DNA from: Gemmatimonadales bacterium
GTDB taxonomy: Bacteria; Gemmatimonadota; Gemmatimonadetes; Gemmatimonadales; GWC2-71-9
DNA length: 21,831 nt
Assembly (NCBI GenBank): GCA_035759585.1
Contig: DASTUP010000100.1
Coordinates: 1 to 21,831 of the forward strand
Direction: 5' to 3'
Each line of letters starts with the position of its first letter. Positions within the stretch are counted from its first letter, which is position 1. A program made the translations under genes and the position numbers. Positions 14,818 through 21,831 of this stretch are shown here, in pieces. The notes beneath the pieces were generated by a model. That model worked only from the letters and a program-made list of their open reading frames with translations. It was not told where the DNA came from and did not search any database.

Positions 14818-15465
14818 ATGCCGCAATCCCGATCCGGCTCGATCGCCATCGTGCATCTCGACGAAAGCTGCCTCGGCAACGGGCGCGAAGGCGACAATCC
14901 CGGCGGCGCAGGCGGGCTCATCGAGGTCCGCACCCGGAGCGGGATCCAGCGCCGCGACATCTATCTCTCCGCTCCCGCCACCACCAACAACCGGATGGCC
15001 CTCGCCGGCGCGGCCGAAACGCTCGAGGTCCTCGCCGCCAAGGGAGGGCGGCTCTCCGTCCTGGTCGTGTCCGATTCCGAGTACCTGGTGAAGGGCATGC
15101 GGGAGTGGGCGCCGGGATGGGAGCGCCGAGGCTGGGTCCGGAAGGGCGGCGCGATCGAGAATCTCGCACTCTGGCAGCGGCTCGTTGCCGCGGCCCGGCT
15201 GCACGAGACGCAGCTCACCTGGGTACGCGGGCACAAGGGTCACGCCAAGAACGAGTACGCAAACGACCTTGCCATCCTCGCCGCGCGCGAGCTGCGCGAC
15301 TCGAAGGGAGCGGTCGAATCCGGTTTCCTCGCGTGGCTGGAGACCAAGCGGAAAAGGAAGCTCTATCTCGCGTACGACCCCGACGAGGCCTTTGCCGCGC
15401 TCGAGCAGCGCATGGCTCGCGGCGAGCGCTTCCCGCATTCGGATGCCGCCCTGCCGCTCCGCTAG
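14818..15465 (+). CDS. rnhA: Ribonuclease HI homologue with a ~60-aa basic C-terminal extension and an Ala at the conserved catalytic Glu (E. coli E48 equivalent)
   Basis: It aligns with E. coli RNase HI: 'VHLDESCLGN' (D10), 'TTNNRMALAG' where E. coli has NNRMELMA (E48→A), 'VVSDSEYL' (D70), 'WVRGHKGHAKNEYANDLA' (H124, D134). Confidence 0.75.
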   Translation: MPQSRSGSIAIVHLDESCLGNGREGDNPGGAGGLIEVRTRSGIQRRDIYLSAPATTNNRMALAGAAETLEVLAAKGGRLSVLVVSDSEYLVKGMREWAPGWERRGWVRKGGAIENLALWQRLVAAARLHETQLTWVRGHKGHAKNEYANDLAILAARELRDSKGAVESGFLAWLETKRKRKLYLAYDPDEAFAALEQRMARGERFPHSDAALPLR

Positions 15466-15498
15466 GGTGTCGCCGCCGGCCTGCCTATCTTCCACTGC

Positions 15499-16161
15499 AT
15501 GAGCGATCTCCACCGCCTCTTCTCGCTGATCGTCACCAACATCGCCGCAACCGACGCCTCCCGGCTGCATTCACCGATGACGATCGGCGACCTGATGCAG
15601 CGCGTTGCGCCGTATCGCTCGAGCCGGCGGCACCTCGACGTCGTGACGAGCGAGGAATACGAGCTGCTCATCCTGCGCCTCGCGGCCGGCGAGGAAGGGC
15701 TTGCACGCCTGGAGCCGCCCGAGACGCTGGCGCGGTTCCGGAAGGAGCTGGCAGGTCTCCATCCGGACCTGCACATCCTCACATTCGACGAAGCCGCGAC
15801 GCTCACGCTCTCGCGTGATGCGGTCGCTCACGTCCTTGGCGGGCACGCGGAGCGCGGGTATGCCCCACCGGCCGAGCGAGGCACGCCAGCGGACGCGGCA
15901 CCGCCTGACCACGCAGCCCCTGCCGAGCCGCCCGCGCCGATCGAGGAAGTCGAGATCCTCGAGTGGGAAGCGCCCGGCGAGGTCCATACCGACCGGTGCG
16001 GCTTCTGCGGCGGGACGCTGCCGGTCGGGCGCGCCGTCAACTTCTGCCCGCATTGCGGGCAGTCGCTCCGCGCGCTTCATTGTCCGCAGTGCAACGAAGA
16101 GATCGAGCTGGGGTGGCGCCACTGCGTCGCCTGCGGCGCGGCGCTCGCGGAGCCCTCATGA
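15499..16161 (+). CDS. Hypothetical protein with a C-terminal double zinc-ribbon
   Basis: The C-terminus has four CxxC pairs: CGFCGG..(14)..CPHCG..(8)..CPQC..(11)..CVACG. The N-terminal ~130 aa are unassigned. A Pro/Ala-rich linker joins them. The stop overlaps the thiolase start as ATGA. Confidence 0.5.
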   Translation: MSDLHRLFSLIVTNIAATDASRLHSPMTIGDLMQRVAPYRSSRRHLDVVTSEEYELLILRLAAGEEGLARLEPPETLARFRKELAGLHPDLHILTFDEAATLTLSRDAVAHVLGGHAERGYAPPAERGTPADAAPPDHAAPAEPPAPIEEVEILEWEAPGEVHTDRCGFCGGTLPVGRAVNFCPHCGQSLRALHCPQCNEEIELGWRHCVACGAALAEPS

Positions 16162-17366
16162 CCCTGCCGTCCGTCGTCTTCCTCTCCGGCGTCCGCACCG
16201 GCTTCGGCGCCTTTGGCGGGACCCTCCGCGACATTTCCGCGACCGACCTGGCCGTCGAGGCCGCCACCGCGGCGCTCGCCCGCGCGCAGGTCCCGGCCGA
16301 CCTGGTCGATCACGTCGTCATCGGCAACGTCATCCAGACCTCCGCGGATGCCGCGTACCTCGCCCGGCACGTCGCGCTTCGCGCCGGATGTCCCGTGGAG
16401 ACGCCGGCGGTGACCGTGAACCGCCTCTGCGGCTCCGGCTTCGAGGCCGTCATCAACGGCGCGCAGCAGATCCGGCTCGGCGAGTCGCGCGTCGTGCTCG
16501 CCGGCGGCACCGAGTCGATGAGCCAGGCGCCTCACGTGGTGCGCGGCGCGCGGTGGGGGCTTCGCCTGGGGCCCGCCGCGCCGTTCGAGGACACGCTCTG
16601 GGAAGCGCTGCGCGATTCGCAGTGCGGCCTGTCGATGGCGGAAACGGCGGAGAACCTCGCGACCAGGTTTCAGCTCGGGCGGGAAGACGTGGACGCGGTG
16701 GCGCTCAGGAGCCAGCAGCGCGCCGCGGCGGCGTGGCAGCGCGGGGATTTCGCCGAGGAGGTCGTGCCCGTGCCGGTGAAGAACCGGAAGACGAAGATCG
16801 TCGAGCCGTGGGCGGCGGACGAGCACCTGCGCCCCGACACCTCCAGGGAAGGGCTCGCGCGGCTCCCGCCATACTTCAAGGCGGACGGCGTCGTCACGGC
16901 CGGGAATGCTTCGGGGATCTGCGACGGTGCCGGGGCACTCGTGCTGGCGGACGAGACCGCAGCACGCGAGGCGGGATGGGAGCCGATCGGACGGCTCGTG
17001 TCGTGGGGCGTTGCCGGCGTGGATCCTTCGATCATGGGATTCGGCCCGGTGCCCGCCTCCCGGCTTGCGCTCAGCCGCGCAGGGCTCGGCCTTGCCGAGA
17101 TGGACCGGGTCGAGATCAACGAGGCCTTTGCCGCGCAGTATCTCGCGGTGGAACGCGAGCTCGGCCTCGATCCGGAGCGGACCAACGTGGAAGGCGGTGC
17201 CGTCGCCATCGGGCATCCGCTCGGCGCGAGCGGCGCGCGAATCACGGCGCACCTCCTCCACGCCCTGCGCCGCACCGGCGGCCGTTACGGCCTCGGCAGC
17301 GCCTGCATCGGCGGGGGCCAGGGCGCTGCCGTCATCGTCGAAGCGTTTCCTGCAGCGAAGGAGTGA
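16158..17366 (+). CDS. Acetyl-CoA C-acetyltransferase (thiolase II family)
   Basis: The N-terminus is [21 protein letters not shown]. The active-site Cys is in '[12 protein letters not shown]'. The C-terminal '[13 protein letters not shown]' and '[13 protein letters not shown]' are thiolase signatures. The ORF-track 5' extension (15963) is rejected. The ATG at 16158 overlaps the upstream stop. Confidence 0.85.
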   Translation: MTLPSVVFLSGVRTGFGAFGGTLRDISATDLAVEAATAALARAQVPADLVDHVVIGNVIQTSADAAYLARHVALRAGCPVETPAVTVNRLCGSGFEAVINGAQQIRLGESRVVLAGGTESMSQAPHVVRGARWGLRLGPAAPFEDTLWEALRDSQCGLSMAETAENLATRFQLGREDVDAVALRSQQRAAAAWQRGDFAEEVVPVPVKNRKTKIVEPWAADEHLRPDTSREGLARLPPYFKADGVVTAGNASGICDGAGALVLADETAAREAGWEPIGRLVSWGVAGVDPSIMGFGPVPASRLALSRAGLGLAEMDRVEINEAFAAQYLAVERELGLDPERTNVEGGAVAIGHPLGASGARITAHLLHALRRTGGRYGLGSACIGGGQGAAVIVEAFPAAKE

Positions 17367-17368
17367 CC

Positions 17369-18286
17369 ATGGAAATCGCACTCACGGCGCTCGCCCTTGC
17401 CGTCGCGTACACGTTCGCGAGCATCCGCGTGATCCGGCAGTACGATCGTGCGGTGACGTTCTTCCTCGGCCGCTTCTCCGGCACCAAGGGGCCGGGACTC
17501 ATCTTTCTCCCCGCGTTCTTCGCCGGGATGAAGCGGGTCTCGCTCCGGATCGTAGCGATGGATATCCCGCCGCAGGACGTCATCACGCGCGACAACGTCT
17601 CGGTACGGGTCAATGCGGTTCTCTACATGCGGGCGAGCGATCCCGAGCGTGTCGTGATGGAAGTCGAGGATTACCTCTATGCGACGAGTCAGCTCGCGCA
17701 GACCACGCTTCGATCGGTGCTTGGCGAAGTCGAGCTGGACGAGCTCCTCTCCGACCGCGAGAAGATCAACGCCGTCCTCAAGCGGATCATCGACGAGCGG
17801 ACCGACCAGTGGGGCATCCACGTTTCCGCCGTCGAGGTGAAGGACGTGGATCTTCCGGAGCAGATGAAGCGCGCGATGGCCCGCCAGGCCGAGGCCGAGC
17901 GGGAGCGGCGGGCCAAGGTCATCGCGGCCCAGGGAGAGCTGCAGGCGTCGGAGACACTGGCGCAGGCCGCCCACACGCTGGCCACCGAGCCGATGTCGCT
18001 CCAGCTCCGGTACCTGCAGACCGTGATCGAGATCGCGTCGGAGAACAACTCCACCACGATCTTCCCGATCCCGATCGACATGATCAGGCCGTTCATGGAT
18101 ATCGCCGGGGGGGCTGCCGCAGGCGTGGCCGCGCGCGCTTCGCGCGGCAGTGAGATCACCGCCGGCTCGAAGACGGCTGCCCTGCCTTCGCCGGACCCGA
18201 CACTGCCGCAGTTCCGGATCGAGGAGCGCGCACGCGAGCGGGCCGCCGCGGAGGAGAAGAAGAACGGAGGAACGGAAGCCGGATGA
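17369..18286 (+). CDS. SPFH/band-7 (stomatin/prohibitin-like) membrane protein
   Basis: A GAAGGAG RBS sits at 17357-17363. The N-terminal TM helix is [19 protein letters not shown]. '[28 protein letters not shown]' and '[27 protein letters not shown]..' are typical SPFH. A coiled-coil Ala/Glu-rich segment follows ('[29 protein letters not shown]'), and the C-terminus is 'IFPIPID'. Confidence 0.8.
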   Translation: MEIALTALALAVAYTFASIRVIRQYDRAVTFFLGRFSGTKGPGLIFLPAFFAGMKRVSLRIVAMDIPPQDVITRDNVSVRVNAVLYMRASDPERVVMEVEDYLYATSQLAQTTLRSVLGEVELDELLSDREKINAVLKRIIDERTDQWGIHVSAVEVKDVDLPEQMKRAMARQAEAERERRAKVIAAQGELQASETLAQAAHTLATEPMSLQLRYLQTVIEIASENNSTTIFPIPIDMIRPFMDIAGGAAAGVAARASRGSEITAGSKTAALPSPDPTLPQFRIEERARERAAAEEKKNGGTEAG

Positions 18287-19152
18287 CCGGAGGCCCTCCC
18301 GCCCGGATCGACCGCGCAGCGCTGGAGCGCATTCTCCAGCGCGCCGCGGAGCTGCAGGCGTCCGAGCACGAAGGGGAGCACCTCTCCCCCGACGAGATCC
18401 TGACGCTCGGCAAGGAAGTCGGCATTCCCCAGCGCCACCTGCAGCAGGCAATCCTGGAGGAGCGGACGCGCGTGAGCGTGGCCGATCCGTCGGGCCTGAT
18501 CGACCGCATGGCAGGACCTGCGACCGCCACGGCGCAGCGTGTGGTGCAGGGTGACGTCGAGCGCATCGAGGCGGCGCTCGTGGCGTACATGGAGGAGCAC
18601 GAGCTGCTCTGCATCCAGCGCCGCCAGCCGGGACGCGTCACGTGGGAGCCGATCGGCGGCTTCCAGGCAACGATCCGCCGCTCGACTGCCGCCTTCGGCT
18701 CGGGAAAGCGGCCGTTCATGCTCGACCGCGCAAAGGTCGTCTCCGCCACAGTCGTTCCGCTCGAGGCGGGATACGTCCACGTGACGCTCGTCGCCGATCT
18801 CCGGCCGACGCGCGCCGGGTTCATCGGTGGCGCGGCCGCGCTCGGCTCGGCGGGCGTGGCGGGGGCGGCGGTGCTCCTGGCGCTCGGCGCTTTTCCGTTG
18901 ATTGCGATCGCCCCCGTCGCACTCGGCGCGGGCCTCGGCTTCGGCACGATCCGGCAGTATCCGCCCCGCGTGGAGCGGGTGCTCCTCGGCCTCGAGCGCG
19001 CGCTCGATCACGTCGAGCAGGGAACCGTGAAGGCGCGCCATCAGCTGCCGCCGCGGACGCCGGGCCTCGCGTCGCTGATCACCGACGAGATCCGCAAGGC
19101 GATCACTTCCGCGTCGGAGCGTGAGCGCGGCAAGCACGGAGGGAAGCCGTGA
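18283..19152 (+). CDS. Hypothetical membrane protein (soluble N-domain plus a C-terminal pair of TM helices), translationally coupled to the SPFH gene
   Basis: It overlaps the upstream stop as ATGA at 18283-18286. GC3 bias is strong. A Gly/Ala-rich double TM segment, [42 protein letters not shown], is followed by a ~60-aa tail. I recognise no family, and it is not NfeD-like. Confidence 0.5.
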   Translation: MTGGPPARIDRAALERILQRAAELQASEHEGEHLSPDEILTLGKEVGIPQRHLQQAILEERTRVSVADPSGLIDRMAGPATATAQRVVQGDVERIEAALVAYMEEHELLCIQRRQPGRVTWEPIGGFQATIRRSTAAFGSGKRPFMLDRAKVVSATVVPLEAGYVHVTLVADLRPTRAGFIGGAAALGSAGVAGAAVLLALGAFPLIAIAPVALGAGLGFGTIRQYPPRVERVLLGLERALDHVEQGTVKARHQLPPRTPGLASLITDEIRKAITSASERERGKHGGKP

Positions 19153-20216
19153 AGCGCAACACCTGCGTCGTGGTCCTGCTGCTGGCCGCCTGCTCGCTCT
19201 CCACGAGCCGGCCGCCGTTCCAGCCGATGCCGGAAGCGCGCGTCGGCGATCTCGAGGTCGAGGTCCCCCAGGCCACCGAGCGGATGGCGAAGGCGCTCAC
19301 CGACGCCGGCATTCCGGTCGAGCGCGTGTGGCCACAGGACGGCTACTTCGAAACCCCCTGGTTCGACACGGCAACCGGACGACCGGTCGGGGGGCGGCCG
19401 CTCGGTGCGGACGTGGTTCGGGTGCGGGGCTGGGTCACGCCGTCGGCGCACGGCTCGAGCGAGATCAAGGTGGAGACGGTGTACCGGCCGATCGCGGATC
19501 CGTCGCGCCCGCCGCGCGAGCTCGAGCGCAGCGTGCCCTGGTCGCACCCGGTCCGCATCCTGGTGCGGAACGCCTACCGGGCTGCCGGAGCGCGGATTAC
19601 GGTGGAGGAGCCCGACGCGATTACGCTGAGCGCGCGCCGTGCCGCGGCTCGCCCCGCACCTGCAGCCAGAGACTCGGTGCTTCCCGACAGCCTGCAGGCA
19701 GACTCCGTACCGGCCGATTCACTGCCAGCCGATTCACTCGCACCCGCGGCGCCGATCGTCACGGCCGACACCGCGCGCGCGCCCGCACCGCCACAGCCGC
19801 CGGCCCGGCAGGCGCGAGACTCCGCCCGAGCGGCGGCGGCGCGCATGACACCGCGTGACACGGCGCGCACACCCGCGCCGGCTCCCATCAGTCGGGACAC
19901 GGCGCAAGAACCTGCTCGACCGGCAGCCGATACCACACGCCCGGTACCCGCCCAGCCGGCACCGGTGCGCCCCGTTCAGCCTCGGCCCGCAGCACCGGCA
20001 CCGCGCGGCTTCACCGTCCAGGTCGCAGCGACGGCGGACTCCGCCGTCGCCTCGCTCGCCGCGCGCCGCCTGGGTGCGATGGGAATCGAGGCGAATGTGG
20101 TGACGGAAGACGGGATGCTGAAAGTGCGGAGCGGAGCCTACCCGACTCGCCAGGCGGCGCAGACGGTGCTGGGGAGGGTGCGGCGCAGTTTTCCGGATGC
20201 GTTTGTGGTGAGGTGA
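19149..20216 (+). CDS. Lipoprotein with a C-terminal SPOR (peptidoglycan-binding) domain and a Pro/Ala-rich linker
   Basis: The GTG overlaps the upstream stop as GTGA. The lipobox is LLAAC|S. The linker carries 15-nt tandem repeats encoding ADSLP. The C-terminal 'GFTVQVAATADSAVASLAARRLGAMGIEANVVTEDGMLKVRSGAYPTRQAAQTVLGRVRRSFPDAFVV' is a typical SPOR domain. Confidence 0.65.
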   Translation: MKRNTCVVVLLLAACSLSTSRPPFQPMPEARVGDLEVEVPQATERMAKALTDAGIPVERVWPQDGYFETPWFDTATGRPVGGRPLGADVVRVRGWVTPSAHGSSEIKVETVYRPIADPSRPPRELERSVPWSHPVRILVRNAYRAAGARITVEEPDAITLSARRAAARPAPAARDSVLPDSLQADSVPADSLPADSLAPAAPIVTADTARAPAPPQPPARQARDSARAAAARMTPRDTARTPAPAPISRDTAQEPARPAADTTRPVPAQPAPVRPVQPRPAAPAPRGFTVQVAATADSAVASLAARRLGAMGIEANVVTEDGMLKVRSGAYPTRQAAQTVLGRVRRSFPDAFVVR

Positions 20217-20225
20217 GCGATAGGG

Positions 20226-20332
20226 GCGGTAGGCGGTAGCTAGGTAGACGGAAGGCAGTCTGCGGTACAAGGGAGGCATCACCCGCCGACTCGCTTCAAG
20301 GTGACGCCCATCTACCTAGCTACCGCCTACCG
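20226..20332. repeat. 25-bp near-perfect inverted repeat (one G:U-compatible mismatch) with a 56-nt loop, lying between convergent genes
   Basis: Arm 1 is cggtaggcggtagctaggtagacgg (20227-20251). The reverse complement of arm 2 (20308-20332) is cggtaggcggtagctaggtagatgg. The arms are AT-richer than the surrounding DNA. Arm 2 overlaps the last 4 codons of the minus-strand gene ending at 20320. Confidence 0.6.
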
Positions 20333-21129
20333 TCCCCCACCACGTAGCTCTTCACCCACTCCTCCAGCTTCGGCAAGTCCAGCAGCGCGTCCTTGCACGG
20401 CCCCGACGGCAGCGTCATCGTGAGGCCGAGCACCGGGACCTTCCCCGCCACGTCGTGCAGGCCGCTCACCATGTCCCGTTCGCACGCTACGGCCACCACG
20501 GCGCGCGGACGCCGCTCGCGGATCACGCGCCGCGCAAGCTGTCCGCGCGTGGCGACGAAGACTGGAACATTGTACCTGCCCGCCACGCCGAGCACGCCGT
20601 CGAGCGTTTCCTTGGAGAGGCAGCGCGGAATGAGCAGGAGGAGCTCCCCCGTGCCGACCTTCCGTCCGCGCCGGGATGCCAGGCCATTGTAGACCTTGAC
20701 CGCCGCGTTCTCGACCCAGTCGCGCCAGCCGAACCGCTCGGCGACGCGGGATGTGAGCCGCATGAGTCGAAGGAAGGGTCCGCGCTCGGCGAGACGCTCG
20801 GGAAGGAGCGGCCTGCCCAGCAGCGACGATGCGAGGAGAATACCCCACCAGAGCCAGAACGCGGCGGCGGCGGCACCAAGCGCAATCCAGAGCGCACGCG
20901 GCACCAGCGGATGGAGCAGCCCGAGGCGGGGCCCGAGCAGGTAGATGAAGAGCGCGGCGGCAGCGAAGAGGACGAGCAGCGCGGCGGCGGACCAGCCGAA
21001 GAAGAGCGAGGGCGGAGCGTCGTAATTGCCGGCGTTGGGCAGGGGCCGGCCGTCCCACTCGTCCCATTCGTGTCCGAGCCGGCGGTCGACGTCGATGTGG
21101 ATCAGCTGCGCCCGCGGGGAGTCCGCCAT
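20320..21129 (-). CDS. Integral membrane protein, possibly DUF116 family
   Basis: The ATG at 21127-21129 is preceded by an AT-rich stretch. It has two N-terminal TM helices followed by a soluble domain carrying 'LLLIPRCLSKE', 'VAVACERDMVSGL' and 'TLPSGPCKD'. These are conserved-Cys motifs that I tentatively associate with DUF116. The family call is low-confidence. Confidence 0.4.
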   Translation of the reverse strand: MADSPRAQLIHIDVDRRLGHEWDEWDGRPLPNAGNYDAPPSLFFGWSAAALLVLFAAAALFIYLLGPRLGLLHPLVPRALWIALGAAAAAFWLWWGILLASSLLGRPLLPERLAERGPFLRLMRLTSRVAERFGWRDWVENAAVKVYNGLASRRGRKVGTGELLLLIPRCLSKETLDGVLGVAGRYNVPVFVATRGQLARRVIRERRPRAVVAVACERDMVSGLHDVAGKVPVLGLTMTLPSGPCKDALLDLPKLEEWVKSYVVGDGRR

Positions 21130-21157
21130 GGTGGGAAAAAGTAACTACTTTGTCGGC
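21130..21157. promoter_or_regulatory. AT-rich divergent promoter region
   Basis: ggtgggaaaaagtaactactttgtcggc is one of the few AT-rich stretches in the window. It contains 'TAcTTTG', which resembles a TAnnTTTG-type -7 element. It lies between divergent starts at 21129 (-) and 21158 (+). Confidence 0.3.
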
Positions 21158-21831
21158 ATGCCGCCCTCGCCCAGACTGCGTGGAACGTACCGGACGGACC
21201 TCCCGGCGCGCGCCGTGTACGCGGAGGGCGCCGGCATCTATCGAATCGTTCCCGCCGCCATCGCCATCCCGGCCGATATCGCCGACCTCGCGCACCTCGT
21301 CCGCTGGGCCGGCGCCGAAGGCATTCCGCTGGTCCCGCGCGGCGCCGGGAGCGGCATGGCCGGAGGCAACGTGGGCGACGGGGTCGTCGTCGACCTCGCG
21401 CGCATCGGCGATCGCCGCGTCTCGATCCATCCCGAACAGAGACGTGCCTCAGCCGCGGCATCCGTGACGCACCTCGAGCTCAACCGCGCCGCGGGCGCGC
21501 ACGATCTCCGCCTTCCTCCCGATCCCTCCAGCGGCCGCTTCGCGACGCTCGGCGGGATGCTTTCCACCAATGCCGCGGGCGCACGGACCGTCCGCTACGG
21601 CAGCGTGCGCCGGTGGGTCGAAGCGGCGGAGCTCGTCACCGCCGATGGCGATGTCGTGCGGCTCGCGCGAGGGCAGTCCCCCCGGGGAGGCTCCTCGCTT
21701 GCCGATCGCTTCGACACCAGCGTCGCCCCGCGGATCCGCGCGGCCGCCGGCACGATCGCGGAGGTATTCCCCGGTACGCGGAAGAATTCCTCCGGCTACG
21801 CGCTCGACGCCTGGCTCGCGAGCGGCGACCT
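21158..21831 (+). CDS. FAD-linked oxidase (GlcD / D-lactate dehydrogenase-like FAD-binding PCMH domain), with the 3' end beyond the window
   Basis: I translated this frame by hand: MPPSPRLRGTYRTDLPARAVYAEGAGIYRIVPAAIAIPADIADLAHLVRWAGAEGIPLVPRGAGSGMAGGNVGDGVVVDLARI..ATLGGMLSTNAAGARTVRYGSVRRWVEAAELVTADGDVV.. These are classic FAD-binding-4 motifs. There is no stop before the window end. This frame is not in the supplied ORF track. Confidence 0.75.
   Translation, partial: MPPSPRLRGTYRTDLPARAVYAEGAGIYRIVPAAIAIPADIADLAHLVRWAGAEGIPLVPRGAGSGMAGGNVGDGVVVDLARIGDRRVSIHPEQRRASAAASVTHLELNRAAGAHDLRLPPDPSSGRFATLGGMLSTNAAGARTVRYGSVRRWVEAAELVTADGDVVRLARGQSPRGGSSLADRFDTSVAPRIRAAAGTIAEVFPGTRKNSSGYALDAWLASGD

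Noticed and set aside
15963-16157. 65-codon 5' extension of the thiolase ORF.
   Set aside because: It overlaps the zinc-ribbon gene in another frame. Thiolases start at 'MT..VV..SGVRT'. The ATG at 16158 forms an ATGA overlap with the upstream stop.
21150-21467. ORF-track 21150..21467 (+) beginning with TTG.
   Set aside because: It is in the wrong frame relative to the FAD-binding oxidase. My hand translation from the ATG at 21158 gives classic FAD-binding-4 motifs to the window end.

Overview
This is a high-GC (~70%), gene-dense chromosomal window, apparently from a Gram-negative bacterium. Lipobox and signal-peptide N-termini and the TolB-like, SPOR and DUF5916 proteins suggest this, and they fit a Gemmatimonadota-like soil organism, though I cannot verify that. 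Many ORFs in the six-frame track are Arg/Ala/Pro-rich alternative-frame artifacts of GC-rich DNA. I called about 24 genes from homology I recognise, GC3 coding bias, RBS positions and start/stop coupling.

The strongest observation is a selenophosphate synthetase (SelD) gene at 13527..14588. Its N-terminus was lost by the ORF caller because it contains an in-frame TGA at 13581..13583, the selenocysteine position of the SelD 'SHGAG-U-xCK' motif. A fdhF-SECIS-like GGUC-loop hairpin follows it at 13610..13626. SelD overlaps by ATGA a 75-aa unknown ORF and is followed by an RNase HI homologue whose conserved catalytic Glu (E. coli E48) is replaced by Ala.

Further downstream, five genes are joined by overlapping stop/start codons (ATGA, GTGA): double zinc-ribbon protein, thiolase, SPFH/band-7 protein, novel 2-TM protein and SPOR lipoprotein. 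This is my best candidate for an uncharacterised membrane-associated system.

Other notable items:
- a ~98-bp REP/MITE-like palindromic element at 4488..4585, with arms of a widely dispersed repeat type that mistranslates as '..ILRFAQDD..';
- a 25-bp near-perfect inverted repeat with a 56-nt loop between convergent genes at 20226..20332;
- a histone-H1-like Lys/Ala-rich protein gene with an AAGGAG RBS, next to a perfect 8-bp inverted repeat plus TTATAT box in a divergent promoter region;
- a palindromic shared stop region (GGCTGATCAGCC) between two convergent genes;
- a NicO/RcnA-type His-rich Ni/Co transporter divergent from selD.

I found no rRNA, tRNA, CRISPR, transposase or integrase.
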